Both the position numbers and the translations under genes were made by a program. From the NCBI GenBank assembly GCA_964016885.1, contig OZ024743.1, positions 69,750,001-69,814,000 of the forward strand: a stretch of 64,000 bases of DNA. Reading direction: 5' to 3'. Origin of the DNA: Eledone cirrhosa (taxonomy: Eukaryota). This document shows positions 26,131 to 39,636 of the stretch, one piece after another (the stretch's first letter is position 1; each line of letters opens with the position of its first letter). The notes below the pieces were generated by a model. It had not been told where the DNA came from and ran no database searches. It saw only the letters and a list, made by a program, of their open reading frames with translations.

Positions 26131-26749
26131 CTGGCTGCTGCGCCAGGCAATGGTGTTTATATCCCGGTCAGACGAGGGAAGTTCATCCTAAATTATGTCC
26201 TGATTGTTTACCACGTATAAGAAAGTTCTGGAAAGATAAATCACATTAACACGGGGGGTAACCAAATGATATCTTTTCTGTTGATCAACAGAGGGTCAGA
26301 CATGGTTTTGTACACAGTGACATAGTAACAGATAAGTCATGAGTGTATGTGTGTGTATGTGTATGTATTTATGTGTTTGTCGATGTGTGTGATTTTATGT
26401 GAGTGTATATGTGTGTGTGGGTATGAATCTGCGTGAGTATGTATGTGTGCGTGTCTTTGTATGTGTATGTGTGTTTTTATGTGAGTGTATATATGTGTGT
26501 GTATGTGTGTGGGTATGAGTCTGGGTGAGTATGTATGTGTGCGTGTATATGTGTGTGTATGTGTATGTGTGTGAGTATCTGTGTGTATGTATGTGTATGC
26601 GAGTGTGTTTGCATTGGAATTCCATCAATTACGATGATGTACATCCCCGTTGTTCGACGAAGGGAATATCCTTCTCGTGATATGGACATATAAATGGCTG
26701 AGCATTCCATAGACACATGTATTCTTGATGTAGTTCCTACAGAGTGCAT

Positions 26750-26865
26750 ATGTGACGTGATATAAAATGTCTTTCTCAAGGACACAACGTAATGCCGTGA
26801 ATCGAACTCACCACCTTACGATGGTGAGTAGAACAAACTAAGCAATAAGCCATACACCTTCACAC
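26750..26865 (-). mobile_element. tRNA-derived SINE head
   Basis: Reverse complement TGGCTTATTGC (A-box-like)...GAGTTCGATTC (B box)...GTTGTGTCCTTGAGAAAGACA, similar to 38035-38160. Confidence 0.6.
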
Positions 26866-26899
26866 TTATTGAAAATCGTAGAACAAACGAACTATGAGA

Positions 26900-26973
26900 T
26901 CTTCTTCTTCTTCTTCTTCTTCTTCTTCTTCTTCTTCTTCTTCTTCTTCTTCTTCTTCTTCTTCTTCTTCTTC
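26900..26973. repeat. (TTC)n microsatellite
   Basis: Direct reading. Confidence 0.95.
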
Positions 26974-28045
26974 TCTCACTTGTTAGAAGCAGCCGTTTTC
27001 AACTTATCCAGTGGATCCCCAAATGAGACCAGCTGATCTCATGGATGTTATCCAATATTTTGCTCAGGATCTTTAACTTCATTGTATTATGGCGTTTGCT
27101 GTCTTTGAATTCCGTTTACTTTCCACATACACACACACACAAACAAACACACACACACATAATCTCACACACATTCACACTCAAAAATACACATAGACAC
27201 ATTCACATTCACATATACATGCCTAGTCAAGATGTAAATCATCAGAATTCGATGTAGAGTGTCACCTGTTGTAGAAATATATCAACGTATATATCGTTGA
27301 GTATTCCAAACTACATTGGCTGTTACATAACGTTAAACAATGAACAGATGTGGAAATCAAGGTCGGGTAGATTTACGGTCGTTTAAGGGTACAAGTATAT
27401 TGAGTTACTGACTAACCAATGGTAGTATTATAACTTCATACCATCACTCTTGAAGACACTAATTTATTCTGCTTTTAATCCTAATAAAAAACAAACCTGT
27501 TTCTGCGGATTGACAATACAGTGATACGTTTGCGCTCTGGAACGATCGTAAAACAATGGATTAAATAATTACCTCACCTTGTTTTTCAAGGTGAGATCTG
27601 ATGCACAAAAGGTATAGATAAGGTGGTAAAATACTTGGATATAAAAGCTGATGTAGACTATTTGGAATTAAAAAAGATGACACCCACAAATTAAACAACT
27701 GCTTCAAAATAACATTAAGTTATAAATCCCAGTAGAATTTATTTAAACATAAATTTCTCAGTTCGTGTGATTGTTCATATATCTGGTAATCCTGATATAT
27801 ATATACCATAGTTATCTTAGACGCTAAACTTTCAATATATTCGACACCATTGCTGTCATATTGACAGCTCTGTTCCACTAATATGATATAAAAAGTCACT
27901 GCAGAATGGAGAGGAAAATATATTTAAAAATTACAGATGGAATGTTCGTATTATACAAAAACAGTGTGGCACGTAGGTGCAAAGATTAGACACAATGATT
28001 TGGGATAGAAATATCAAAATATACACTGTAGTGGCACAATAAAAT

Positions 28046-28165
28046 TGAAGGTGCCTGGCTTAGTTATGATATTCAGATTACGATCGTAATGACATGTGTG
28101 ATACGCCCGAAGACGCGTTGTATTTGAGCAAAACAATTTATGTCACGTTGCTCCTGTTCTCTTTG
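28046..28165 (+). mobile_element. Degenerate tRNA-derived SINE head
   Basis: TGAAGGTGCCTGGCTTAGT...GCGTTGTATTTGAGCAAAACAATTTATGTCACGTTGCTCC. Confidence 0.45.
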
Positions 28166-28599
28166 CTGTCAATAAGTTCTATTTGTATCCTCAGGTGCCA
28201 AATAACTGGGGTCGCTGGGATAAGCGGAGTTTGGGGAACGTTAATTTTTAAAGGTTGTCACCGTTGATTTTTTTAAAAACCAGAATTAGTCGTTTAGTTT
28301 ACATTTCTAGTAATGTACTTTTTTTGTCATGTATTATTTTTGTGTTTTTAATGTATAAAGAAAATTATTATCGCAGGAATACTAATATTTAAAATGCAAT
28401 TTTTCCGGAGATAGATTAGCAAAATTTAACAATTGTGGTACGGGGGTAAAATAAGAACGGGGATGGGGAGGGTAGACAAATCTGAAAAATTAATAAGTGG
28501 GGTGGGATTAGTCGTGATTCTACAGTACATTAAATGGCCAGCATTGTCAAACAATTTAATGTGCACAATTTATTTGAGAACTAACTAAAGTATGCAGGT

Positions 28600-28940
28600 G
28601 TGATTGGAATTCTGTCAGAGTTTTCAAAAAATTACAATAAGCTTCGTCGTAAACGATGGAGGTCCAACTCGTGGGCAAGCCAGTTGTCGAGAAAAGGTTA
28701 ATATAATGTTAAACATCTATGGAGAACTAATTAGAAATATGCAATTATTCAACCCGGAAAGCAGCTTTAGATTTATAGAAATAGTTATTGGAACGCTTGG
28801 GTATGTAACCAACTGCAGCAATAAGAAACCTGTTAAGCTTCGTTTCACAAAACCAGATGGGATATAGATAATTAGAAAATTGCAGCTTCCAGACATTAAT
28901 GGCACAATGAAAATATGTAAAGTAGTCCAGAAACTCATCT
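28600..28940 (+). pseudogene. Degenerate C-terminus of an RLE-type non-LTR element
   Basis: YGELIRNMQ...IVIGTLGYV...IIRKLQ...GTMKICK parallels YKDL...VVVGALGMI...EIQK...GTAHILRK in the 33-35 kb element. Confidence 0.5.
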
Positions 28941-29002
28941 ACTGGTTTCTACACTTACACACTTAGATATATACACATATGTACACACACACACGCACAC
29001 AC

Positions 29003-29073
<71 letters not shown>

Positions 29074-29074
29074 G

Positions 29075-29112
<38 letters not shown>

Positions 29113-29322
29113 ACACACACACACACACATATTTATATATATATGTATATAGATATAGATAGATAGATAAATAGATAGATAGGGAGATATATATATATAT
29201 TTATATGCCGATTATTGAGTCGGGTAGGATCGATATAGATCGAACCTTGAGCTGATCAGTGGCGAAACACGCGTCACCTATCAATAAATGCAATGAAGGA
29301 ATAATCAATCGTCCTTTTTATC

Positions 29323-29360
<38 letters not shown>

Positions 29361-29554
29361 AAATATGTATGTATGTATATGTATGTATAAATTAAAATAC
29401 CTTCACTCATGCCATGACATGATGGCTTGCATACATATGCGCTCATATATACATGCATACTTACACACTCACGTGTGTGTGCACATATATACATACATAG
29501 GTACATAGACACACACATACGTACATACATACAGGCATATATAGATATATTCGT

Positions 29555-29603
<49 letters not shown>

Positions 29604-29954
29604 CAAATACAAACACGTTTTATCTAAATAGTCACCTACAACCCTATCTATAATTCACGTGCAGAAATTACCTGTTTGCGTGTGTGTGTGTGTGTTTGTT
29701 CACGCGTGTGTATATGCAAGTGTTTATAAATTAACTAAGTTAACTGAGTGCTTCCATGTATGTGTACACCTTTCTTTATTTATAAGCATGTGTATGTGTT
29801 TACATATGTGTATGTAATTCGTTCTGCCTATGTCGTCAATGGAGTGCATACATCTATGTGTGTTCCTTAATGTATGTGTATACATCTGTGTGTAGGTGTA
29901 TATATATGTATATATATATATATGTTTGTGTATATATACATATATATATTTTTG

Positions 29955-30004
<50 letters not shown>

Positions 30005-30045
30005 CTGTTTGTGTATATATATATGTACATATATATATATATTTT

Positions 30046-30132
<87 letters not shown>

Positions 30133-30135
30133 GTT

Positions 30136-30183
<48 letters not shown>

Positions 30184-30849
30184 ACTGAAGGTTTACGCGT
30201 ATGTGTAAACCTTTGATTATTACATGCATGATTATCAGGGGTTTGCATATCTGTGTATGTACGTGTGTGTGTGAGAGAGACAGAGAGACGGGGAGACAGA
30301 GAGAGGGTTGGAGAGAGAGAGACGACGGGAGAGAGAGAGAGAGAGAAGGCGGGAGGGAGAGAGCGAGAGTGAGAATGTCCAATGTGATTTCTTCTGTCAA
30401 ATCATCCCAGATTAATGCTGACGTTTAGAGTTTATAAACATCCATAACATGATGAAATATTGATTACACTAGCTGAACAAACGTCACAGTTATCTTCCCC
30501 ATACATCTTCATCTTCTCCTCTTCATCTGCTCATCCTCACCTTCTCATCCTCATCTTCCCATCTTCTCAGCTTTTCAGCTTCTTCACAGGAACTCAACCA
30601 TCAAAGCAAGCAGCCATCCTCTTATCTCACGCAAAGTCTGGAAAACAAAACAAAAAATTTTAAATTGCTAACAACAACAACAATAAAACTTAATTACGTA
30701 TGCTAGTTGATTAACTTGGAGAAATACCGATTGCCTATATGGTATTGATTAATGTTAAGGTTAATGTTTCTATATTGATGATGTCCTGTTTGACTGTCCA
30801 CTCGTCAAATTCAGACAGGGAGACAATCATATGAATACACTCCACGCAG

Positions 30850-31100
30850 AGCACTCCCTTCGGGTAATGTATCTCTTTACTCTTTGTTGGTACACATAAT
30901 TACCGCATAATCTCTGGCCCCCTGTCCAATACATTTCGGCGAGGTTTAGACTTGCAACTTGCCTAGTAAATGTGCTTCCCTGAAGACGCCTAAGAAGCTC
31001 AACATATGCTCGTTGCTTTCACTGCGTTGGCTTATATGTTATGTCCACACAAAAAGCATTGTCTTCAAATGTTCTGCGTCAGCTCTGGTTGTACTATGTA
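30850..31100 (-). pseudogene. Possible highly decayed CR1/L2-type RT thumb fragment
   Basis: Minus-strand WT*HISQ...MLSFL resembles W..HI......ML.FL.R. Confidence 0.25.
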
Positions 31101-31751
31101 CAAATAACCGATAAACCATTCATAATTGTAGCATTAATAAACCATTGAACCAGCCGGTAGGTGGCCCATGGGTAGAGGCCGAGCAAGACAAGATGTTTGG
31201 ATAACATCCATGAACTCGGCTGGTCTTCATTGGGGATCCAGTCGGATCAATTGGAGAAAGTTGCTTCTGACAAGACTAAGTTAAAGAAATCTGTTCCTAG
31301 GACTCTCCAAGTAATAAGGGGATATTTAAACTCATACTTTGCCCATTCAGTTTATGTTTGAACATACTTTTTACGCTTATGATAAACGGTTTCAGTATAT
31401 ATTTATAGGGAAGTTGAAAGGCTTTAAGGGAGGTTTCAGAAAGTATACATACTTTCATGTGTGGGCGTATAGCTGTTAGGGGAGCGTGGGTGTGAGCAAT
31501 TATTTGGAGAATACTGTAAACCTGAATATCAGAACAGCATATATATATATGTATATCTATCTCTTTCTCTCTCTCTCTCGCTCCCTCTCTCTATATATAT
31601 AAATACATATGTATACATACGTATACATATGTATATATATGTATACATATGTATACATACGTATACATATGTATACATATGTATATATATATATACATAC
31701 GTATACATATGTATACATATCTATATATACATATATATATATATGTATATA

Positions 31752-31784
<33 letters not shown>

Positions 31785-31862
31785 AGCGCTCATTCAGTTA
31801 ACGATTGAAAATTTTATGTACACTTGTACAAAAAAATACTCCTTCAGGTTATGCATACATAC

Positions 31863-31937
<75 letters not shown>

Positions 31938-32144
31938 TATATGAGTGTGTGTGTGTGTGTTTCTGTGTGTGAGCATATGCGTATGTTTTTGTGCGTGTGT
32001 CTGTGTACATTTGCACGTAACTAAATAGTCAACAAGTGAAGCAAGAGGTCTATAATCAGTAGAAAAGCTGTATATTTACATAATAAACATATTATACAAC
32101 ATTATATTGGCAATATAATACTGCGTAATATCGTTCTTATGTAA

Positions 32145-32203
<59 letters not shown>

Positions 32204-32348
32204 CATATATGAATACATATATTTATTTATATAGGTTTGTATAATTTTGTGTATATATATAATTATATGTATATGATATATGATATGTACTATATGTATA
32301 TATATATATATTTATTATTTATATATATATACATATATATATGTATAC

Positions 32349-32417
<69 letters not shown>

Positions 32418-32890
32418 TATTTACTTATATATTTATATAATTATATATATATTAATGCATGTATATATAAATATATTACTCTGTATATATATATATACAG
32501 AGAGAGAGAGAGAGACAGATAGATAGATGGATAGATAGAGAGGGATAATTAGAAAGAGAGAGAGAAAAGAGAGAGAGAGAGATAGCGAGAGAGTGGGGGT
32601 ATTTGATCTCTCAAGTCACCCACACATATATAACATTAACAAAACTGCCTTTGATGAACGTGGTTAGAATATCTGTTGGAGTGATTACCTGTTGGCAGGT
32701 TCGCTGAGACCAGTTTTACAGAGAGAGATTTATTTAGCTTATCGACACTTCTAAATGACTACAGGAATTGGATAGGACATCAACATGTATTTAAGAATTA
32801 TATGTTTCCATTCAATATAATGGGCTGAACGGAAAGAGTCGTTAGACTGTCGAAAAAATTGCCCTCGTATTTAGTTTTCTTGCTCTCTGC

Positions 32891-33045
32891 TCCGTACAAG
32901 ATGGTTGGATATCATTAAGGAAGATATTCAGAAGCTTGAAGTCGCCTTGGTGGATGATAAGAAGCTTGCACTGGACCGCCAGCGATGGAGGGGTTTAGTG
33001 GACCTTTTTGGCACAACAATGATGATGCTTCTGGGTCACTGAGGA
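32891..33045 (+). mobile_element. RTE-clade LINE 3' fragment
   Basis: RTRWLDIIKEDIQKL...LALDRQRWRGLV. Confidence 0.6.
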
Positions 33046-33123
33046 TGAGAAGGGGGCAGGACGGGGAGGTTGAGGAGGAGGAGGAATAAGAATAATAATA
33101 ATAATAAGAAGAAGAAGAGGAGG

Positions 33124-33188
<65 letters not shown>

Positions 33189-33191
<3 letters not shown>

Positions 33192-35381
33192 CTGTTAGCC
33201 CAACTTTACAATGAAATAGTTAAGGAGCCAGAAAAGATACCATCATGGCTAGTTAACGGCATTACATTCCTGCTTCCGAAGAATGATGAGACAAACAATC
33301 CCAAAAATTACAGACCGATAACTTGCTTGACCACAATGTATAAAATTTTAACATCAGTCCTAACTGAATACACATATGACCACCTGATAACAAATGACCT
33401 ATTTCCCATTGAGCAGAAAGGGTGTAAACGAGGCTCATATGGCTGTAAGGATCAGCTTCTGGTTAACAAAATGATACTGGAAGATTGTCATAATAGACAC
33501 AAAAATCTATCGATTGCTTGGATAGATTATAAAAAAGCATTTGATAGTTTGCCACACAGTTGGATTGAAAAATGTTTAGAGATTTTCAAAATATCCCCCG
33601 TTGTCAGGAGGATTTTGTCATTCAGTATGAAGACATGGAAAACGACACTCCTTTTGAATAGTGAAACAAAATCACTGGAAGCTGGAGAAGTTAATATTAA
33701 TTGTGTAATTTTTCAGGGTGACTCTTTATCACCGCTTTTATTCTGCATCGCACTTATACCATTAAGTATAATGCTCAATGAAACAAAACATGGATATAAA
33801 GTCTATGACAAAACCATTAATCACCTGTTCTACATGGATGACCTGAAACTATTTGCAAAAAATGATGAGCAATTGCAAGGGCTATTATCCACTGTGAAGC
33901 AGTTCAGTGATGACATTAAAATGGAGTTTGGACTAGATAAATGCGCCAAAGCAACGTTCACCAGAGGAAAGCTGCTGAAGAGTTCAGACATTAATCTTGA
34001 TCGGGGGAACGTGATAAGAGAACTTGATCAAGAAAAAACTTACAAATATCTAGGTGTTTGTGAAGGAGACGGAATCAAGCACTCGACAATGAGGGAAAGG
34101 ATAAGGAAGGAATGTTACCGCAGAGTAAGAGCAATCTTAAGAACGGAATTGAATGCAAGGAATAGGATCGATGCCATAAACACGCTTGCCATACCAGTAG
34201 TAACCTACAGTTACAATGTCATCAACTGGTCAAGCACAGAGATCCGTAGGCTCGATACAAAAATTCGAAAATTCTTAACCATGCACAGAATGCATCACCC
34301 TAAGGCAGATATAGATAGAATATATCTCCCTAGGAAAGAAGGAGGACGTGGGTTAATCCAGTTAGACATTGCGTTGAAAACTGCAACAATTGGATTATCT
34401 ACATATCTAAGGGAATCACATGATTGGATGATCAAACTCGTTTTGAAACACGAAAGCATCAAAAGATCATATTCCATTACAAAAGATGCACAAAGATACA
34501 GTAATGGACTACAAATTTCAGAAGTCCCATTTACTGCTGAAATGGAAAACACAGAAAAAGCAAAGCAGGTAAAAGTAACTGCAAAGAAAGAACTGCTACA
34601 GAAACTGGCTAAGAAATGGCAAGAAAAGCCTCTGTATGGAAAATACCCAGAGCGAGCTAACAATCCTGATGTTGACAAAACTTTAACCCATCAGTGGTTG
34701 GCATCCTCTGTACTGAAATCGGAGACTGAAGGACTGATTATATCGGCACAAGATCAGTGTCTGCCAACAAAAAATTACCAAGCCAACATAATAAAAAATG
34801 GGTGCAGCCCATTATGCCGTGTATGCAAAAAACAACCAGAGACCATTGGCCATATAATTTCAATGTGCAGTCCTATAGCTCCAACCGAATACCTAAACAG
34901 GCATGACAGAGCTGCACAATACATACATTGGATAATGTGTAAGCATTCTGACCTGCCCCATCAAAAGAATTGGTGGGAGCATCAACCACCTCCCATACTT
35001 GAAAAAGATCACATCTCAATCTTGTGGAACTTTAGCATCCAAACAGACAGAAAAATAGATGCAAATAGACCTGATATAATATTGAAGGACTTTCAAAAGA
35101 GGGTATGCCTGCTAATTGATATGTCTGTTCCAATAGACAAGAATGTATCTATAAAAACATTTGAAAAATTGAGCAAGTATAAGGACCTGGAGATAGAAAT
35201 TGGAAAAATGTGGAAATTGAGAACTAAAATAATACCAGTGGTTGTAGGCGCTCTGGGAATGATACCTAAGGGGTCTAATGACTACTTATCGCAAATCCCA
35301 GGAAACCCGCGTATAGGAGAAATACAAAAGATAGTACTAATGGGAACTGCCCATATACTAAGGAAAATTCTGTCAATATAA
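33189..35381 (+). CDS. RT + CCHC + restriction-like endonuclease; open from the truncation point, no true start
   Basis: NYRPITCL, EQKGC, DYKKAFDS, FQGDSLSP, FYMDD, KYLG, CRVC...H...C, RHD, RPD...IDMSVP...K..KY. Confidence 0.92.
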
Positions 35382-35523
35382 GTACATCACAAGTCTAAAC
35401 ACTAAGATGCATGTGTGAATATGTATGTTCTTTCTTGAACATGGCGGACCTTGTTGTCTCTTGAGGTCACTGGTTGTGACTTGGTGATAACTCGTATGAA
35501 CATAAAGCAAGATAAATGCAACT

Positions 35524-35524
<1 letters not shown>
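33189..35524 (+). mobile_element. 5'-truncated R4/Dong-type non-LTR retrotransposon inserted in (TAA)n
   Basis: (AAT)n 33125-33188 and (TAA)n 35525-35590 abut both ends; ~140-bp 3'UTR. Confidence 0.9.
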
Positions 35525-35589
<65 letters not shown>

Positions 35590-35618
<29 letters not shown>

Positions 35619-35662
35619 AAGAAGAAGAAGAAGAAGAAGAAGAAGAAGAATAAGAAGAAGAA
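35590..35662. repeat. (AAG)n microsatellite
   Basis: Direct reading. Confidence 0.95.
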
Positions 35663-36075
35663 ACTCTCTCCCACCTGTATTTAATTTCCGAGGAGATGAA
35701 CTTCCAGCCCGTACATTGGTAAAAATGATAAAATGTCGTCCAAAATGCTTCACGGAATCTGACACGGACATGTTCGTTTTGAGGATAAACTGTAGATTAT
35801 CTGATCTGTTATTTCGTTCAATTTGCAAATCCCCACTGCCACTGTCATTTGCACTGTCCAACATGCTACGGCCATTTTAGCCAATAAAGAAACGATTGTT
35901 ATTAAAGTTGATCGAATAGCATAATCGTTAGAAGATCGGTTCAAATTCTGCCAATATAAAATGAGATTTTTATTATTATTCTTACGATAATATAAAGTAC
36001 CAGTAACACACTGAGGTCGAATTAATCAGTTTTTCTCTCACTAAAAAATTGTTCACCTTTTTCCTAAATCAGAAA

Positions 36076-36152
<77 letters not shown>

Positions 36153-36290
36153 TGTGTGTGTGCGAGAAAAACCACAAACCCGCCATATCAATTCAACTTT
36201 TGTAAAGAATAAGAACTGTGAAACCGGTAAAGGAAGCAAATAAATATTCTTAGAAAGACTCTAGCTGCGTTTTCGATTTCATCTTTTTCT

Positions 36291-36334
<44 letters not shown>

Positions 36335-36363
36335 CACACACACATACACACACACATATATAT

Positions 36364-37161
36364 ATGGCAATGCGGCCCGCCTATCGGTCGCTGTATTTGA
36401 TTTGCAAAGCTGTCTAAAGGCAATGTTATAACTCTGGGGTAATATTCACCATTGAGTGCTTAGCTGCACACCGAATCTGCATTCGCTAGCTTGGCTGCTG
36501 CACATAGCTTCGTTGATGCATACTAACATTTGTATTATTAACTTCTAGAATTAACGATTAACTGATTAATTTAATTAGACAATTCTATTGATTGATTAAT
36601 TGTTTATGTTTGTTTGATAACGCCTAGTTGACTGCTAAATTCGGTTTGTCTAAAGGAATTTTATTACTTTGTCCCAAATTTCGAATTGACCGCCAAAACG
36701 GGGGTTACCTGCCTCTGGGAAAACCACGTGTCTCTACAGAAGTTTACTGCTAGAAAATACACCCGTTGAGGAATAGAACGAAAAACGTGTTGACGAAGTA
36801 AACTCGTTTGTTCTGTCGTCAAAAGCCATTAACTTGCAGACCCCTGCAAGTGGAATTTCTCGATCTCGGATTTACAGAAACCTAGCGGAGATGTTGTATG
36901 TTATATGTGATGTATATTGTATGCTATACGTTATGTGTTGCATTTGATGTCAGCGTGCGGTCCAGGTCAGTCAAAAGTTTTTCCTGAGTTCAGTTTTTTT
37001 CGTCGCTATGGCAATGCGGCCCGACTATCCGTCGCTGTATTTGATTTGCAACGCTGTCTAAGCGCAAAGTAATATTCACCATTGAGTGCAGAGCTGTACA
37101 CCGAATCTGCATTCGTTAGCTTGGCTGCTGCCAAAAGCTTCTTTGATGCTGTACTAAAATT

Positions 37162-37165
<4 letters not shown>
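36364..37165. mobile_element. Unclassified non-coding element with ~160-170-bp terminal direct repeats, in (TA)n
   Basis: 36364-36536 repeats at 37007-37165; diverged inverted homologue at 40725-41200. Confidence 0.65.
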
Positions 37166-37197
<32 letters not shown>

Positions 37198-37202
<5 letters not shown>

Positions 37203-38030
37203 AAATGGGGAGAAGAATACTGCAGGTTGCACATGGATAACATGTTATAAAATGAGTCCCTCATCAGTGATTTGCCAACGATCATAGATATTTCATTGCA
37301 TTAAAAATCATATACCTCACGTTGGTGCAATAATAACTAAATTAAGTTATTAGGACAATTAAAACGCGTAAAGTGAGTGAGACAGTAAACAACAAAGAGA
37401 AAAGCTAACCGTAGATAGGAAGAGGCACAAGCTACATAGTTATTCTATCAGCATAAGCTGGGGGAATATATGAGCGCGTAAAAAATAGACCTTTCGAGAA
37501 GAATCCAATGTAAGAAAGAAGGAAATTGTTTTCGTCGCGAACGGGGTGAAGTGAGAAGGGGAGAAACAGTGAGTGAGTGAGTGAGTGGAAGTGTGAGGAA
37601 GAGGTCAGTAGAGAGAAAGTGTTAACTGACATGACAGAGGGGGCGAAAGAAAGTAAGAGAAACAGAGAGAACGAGGGAGCAGTAAGAGAGAGAGAGAGAA
37701 AAACAGAATCGCAGTTTAGGTAAATATATGTGAAAAAATGGGGAGAAGAATACTGCAGGTTGCACACGGATAACATGTTATAAAATGAGTCCTTCATCAA
37801 TGATTTGCCAACGATCATAGATATTTCATTGCATTAAAAATCATATACCTCACGTTGGTGCAATAATAACTAAATTAAGTTATTAGGACAATTAAAACGC
37901 GTAAAGCGAGTGAGACAGTAAACAACAAAGAGAAAAGCTAACCGTAGATAGGAAGAGGCACAAGGTACATAGTTATTCTATCAGCATAAGCTGGGTGAAT
38001 ATATGAGCGCGTAGAAAATAGACCTTTATA
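37198..38030 (-). mobile_element. Family B putative PLE 3' end as a partial tandem (unit ~533 bp)
   Basis: 37198-37495 repeats at 37731-38027; decayed RRKQF...FFSKGL resembling a GIY-YIG C-terminus; (TA)n flanks. Confidence 0.55.
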
Positions 38031-38034
38031 TATA

Positions 38035-38380
38035 GGCACATGGCTTAGTGGTTAGAGCATTGGCCTTGCAATCGAAAGGTTGTGAGTTCAATTCTCAGAT
38101 CGGGTGATGTGTTGTTTCCTTGAGCAAGACACTTTATTTCACATTGCTCCAGTTTACTCAGCTGTAGAAATGAGATGATAGGGACTGAGGTCCCTATCAT
38201 TCCACTGCAAAGTGGTCGTGGAGGTGCCACGGCAAAAAAGCACCCAGCACTCACTGTAAATGAGGTTGGTGTTAGGAAGGGCATCCAGCTGTAGAAACCA
38301 AGCCAGAATCAGTTACCCTCTCACCCTTGCAAGCAGGGAAAAAGCGGACGTAAAATGAAATGATGAAATGAAATGATGAT
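38035..38380 (+). mobile_element. tRNA-derived SINE with RTE-like tail
   Basis: A box TGGCTTAGTGG, B box GAGTTCAATTC, body CCTTGAGCAAGACACTTT, tail GCAGGGAAAAAGCGGACGTAAAATGA..TGATGAT. Confidence 0.75.
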
Positions 38381-38519
38381 ATATATATACAAATTTAAGA
38401 TGTGTCTTTCGTCTTCTCGTATATACATACAATATTTATACAAATATTTATACAAATATTTATACGTATATATATACAAATTTAAGATGTGTCTTTCATC
38501 TTCTCGCAAGTTCTTCTGT

Positions 38520-38805
38520 TGAAATGAATAATTGACTTGATTTTCTCATTTTTTCCTCTATTTACGTTGCCTCACCATTCGTGTATGTTTACCTGTTTCT
38601 CTTTCTCCACCCAATTCTTTTTATCCCAATAACTTATTTTAGTTATTGTTCGCGCTAGCCTGAGGTATCTGGTCTTTAATGCGAAGAAATACTTATGGTG
38701 GATAGTAAACCACTGATGATGGATAGTCATAGCTTCTATTTATAATTCTTTATTTTAATATGTATATCACATTGCAACAACACAGCACGCCATTTTTCGC
38801 TCCTA
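38520..38805 (+). mobile_element. Family B remnant, opposite orientation
   Basis: GAGGTATCTGGTCTTTAATGCG...CACTGATGA...GCAGCACGCCAT-like end matches the reverse complement of 2120-2230. Confidence 0.5.
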
Positions 38806-38849
38806 TATATATATATACACACATACATATATATATATATATACATGCA

Positions 38850-39091
38850 AAAGTTCTATTTAAATTGTTGGGATACAACAAGCAAATATTTTTATAACTG
38901 ATATAAAGCACTCGACAAGTATTTGGAGTAAATATACGATATTAATAAATGGAAACTATATTTATAAAACCATATTTATTTCATTATACATATTTCAAGG
39001 ATACCATAATTTAATGTGGTATCCTTGAAATATGTATAATGAAATAAATATGGTTTTATAAGTATAGTTTCCATTTATTAATATCGTATAT
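38850..39091. mobile_element. Family A fold-back element
   Basis: Near-perfect inverted repeat 38932-39091 centred on AAGGATACCA-TAATTTAATG-TGGTATCCTT; left extension matches the reverse complement of 61050-61135. Confidence 0.75.
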
Positions 39092-39636
39092 ATATATATA
39101 TATATATATATATAAGTGTGTGTGTGTGTTGGTTTTGTGTGTGTCTGTCTGTGTTTGGGTGCATATGTGTGTTTCTGTGTCTCTGTGTGTCTGTGCCTGT
39201 CTGTGTCTTATATATAAACCTCAAACATTTCATTTAGTATATTTTGTTTAGAGGATTGTCTGAACGAAATATTGTTTATGTGAACCTTCATTTAAATTAA
39301 TGTGATGTTCTTGCAGCTGCTAACAATTCTATTGCTTTCTCTATTACATTAATTGATTCTCTTCTTTTTTATTCACTGATATATTTTTAATTGATCTAAC
39401 GTACACTATACTACACAAAATGGCAGTATTTTTATCATGTAGGATAGCAAAGCGTTGTGGCATTCGTTCTACCTATCTGTGCTCTGAGTTCAAATCCCTC
39501 GAAGGCAAATTTGTTGATTTTTACAATTTCACAATCACTGGACAGATTTTAAGGGGCAAAACCAACGGGCAGCAGACTACCCATTTGTTTTAAAAAACTA
39601 ATTAAAAAAAAACACATTTTCATTACTTAGTTTATA

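Noticed and set aside
38041-38105. tRNA gene
   Set aside because: A and B boxes continue into a SINE body and there is no complete cloverleaf.
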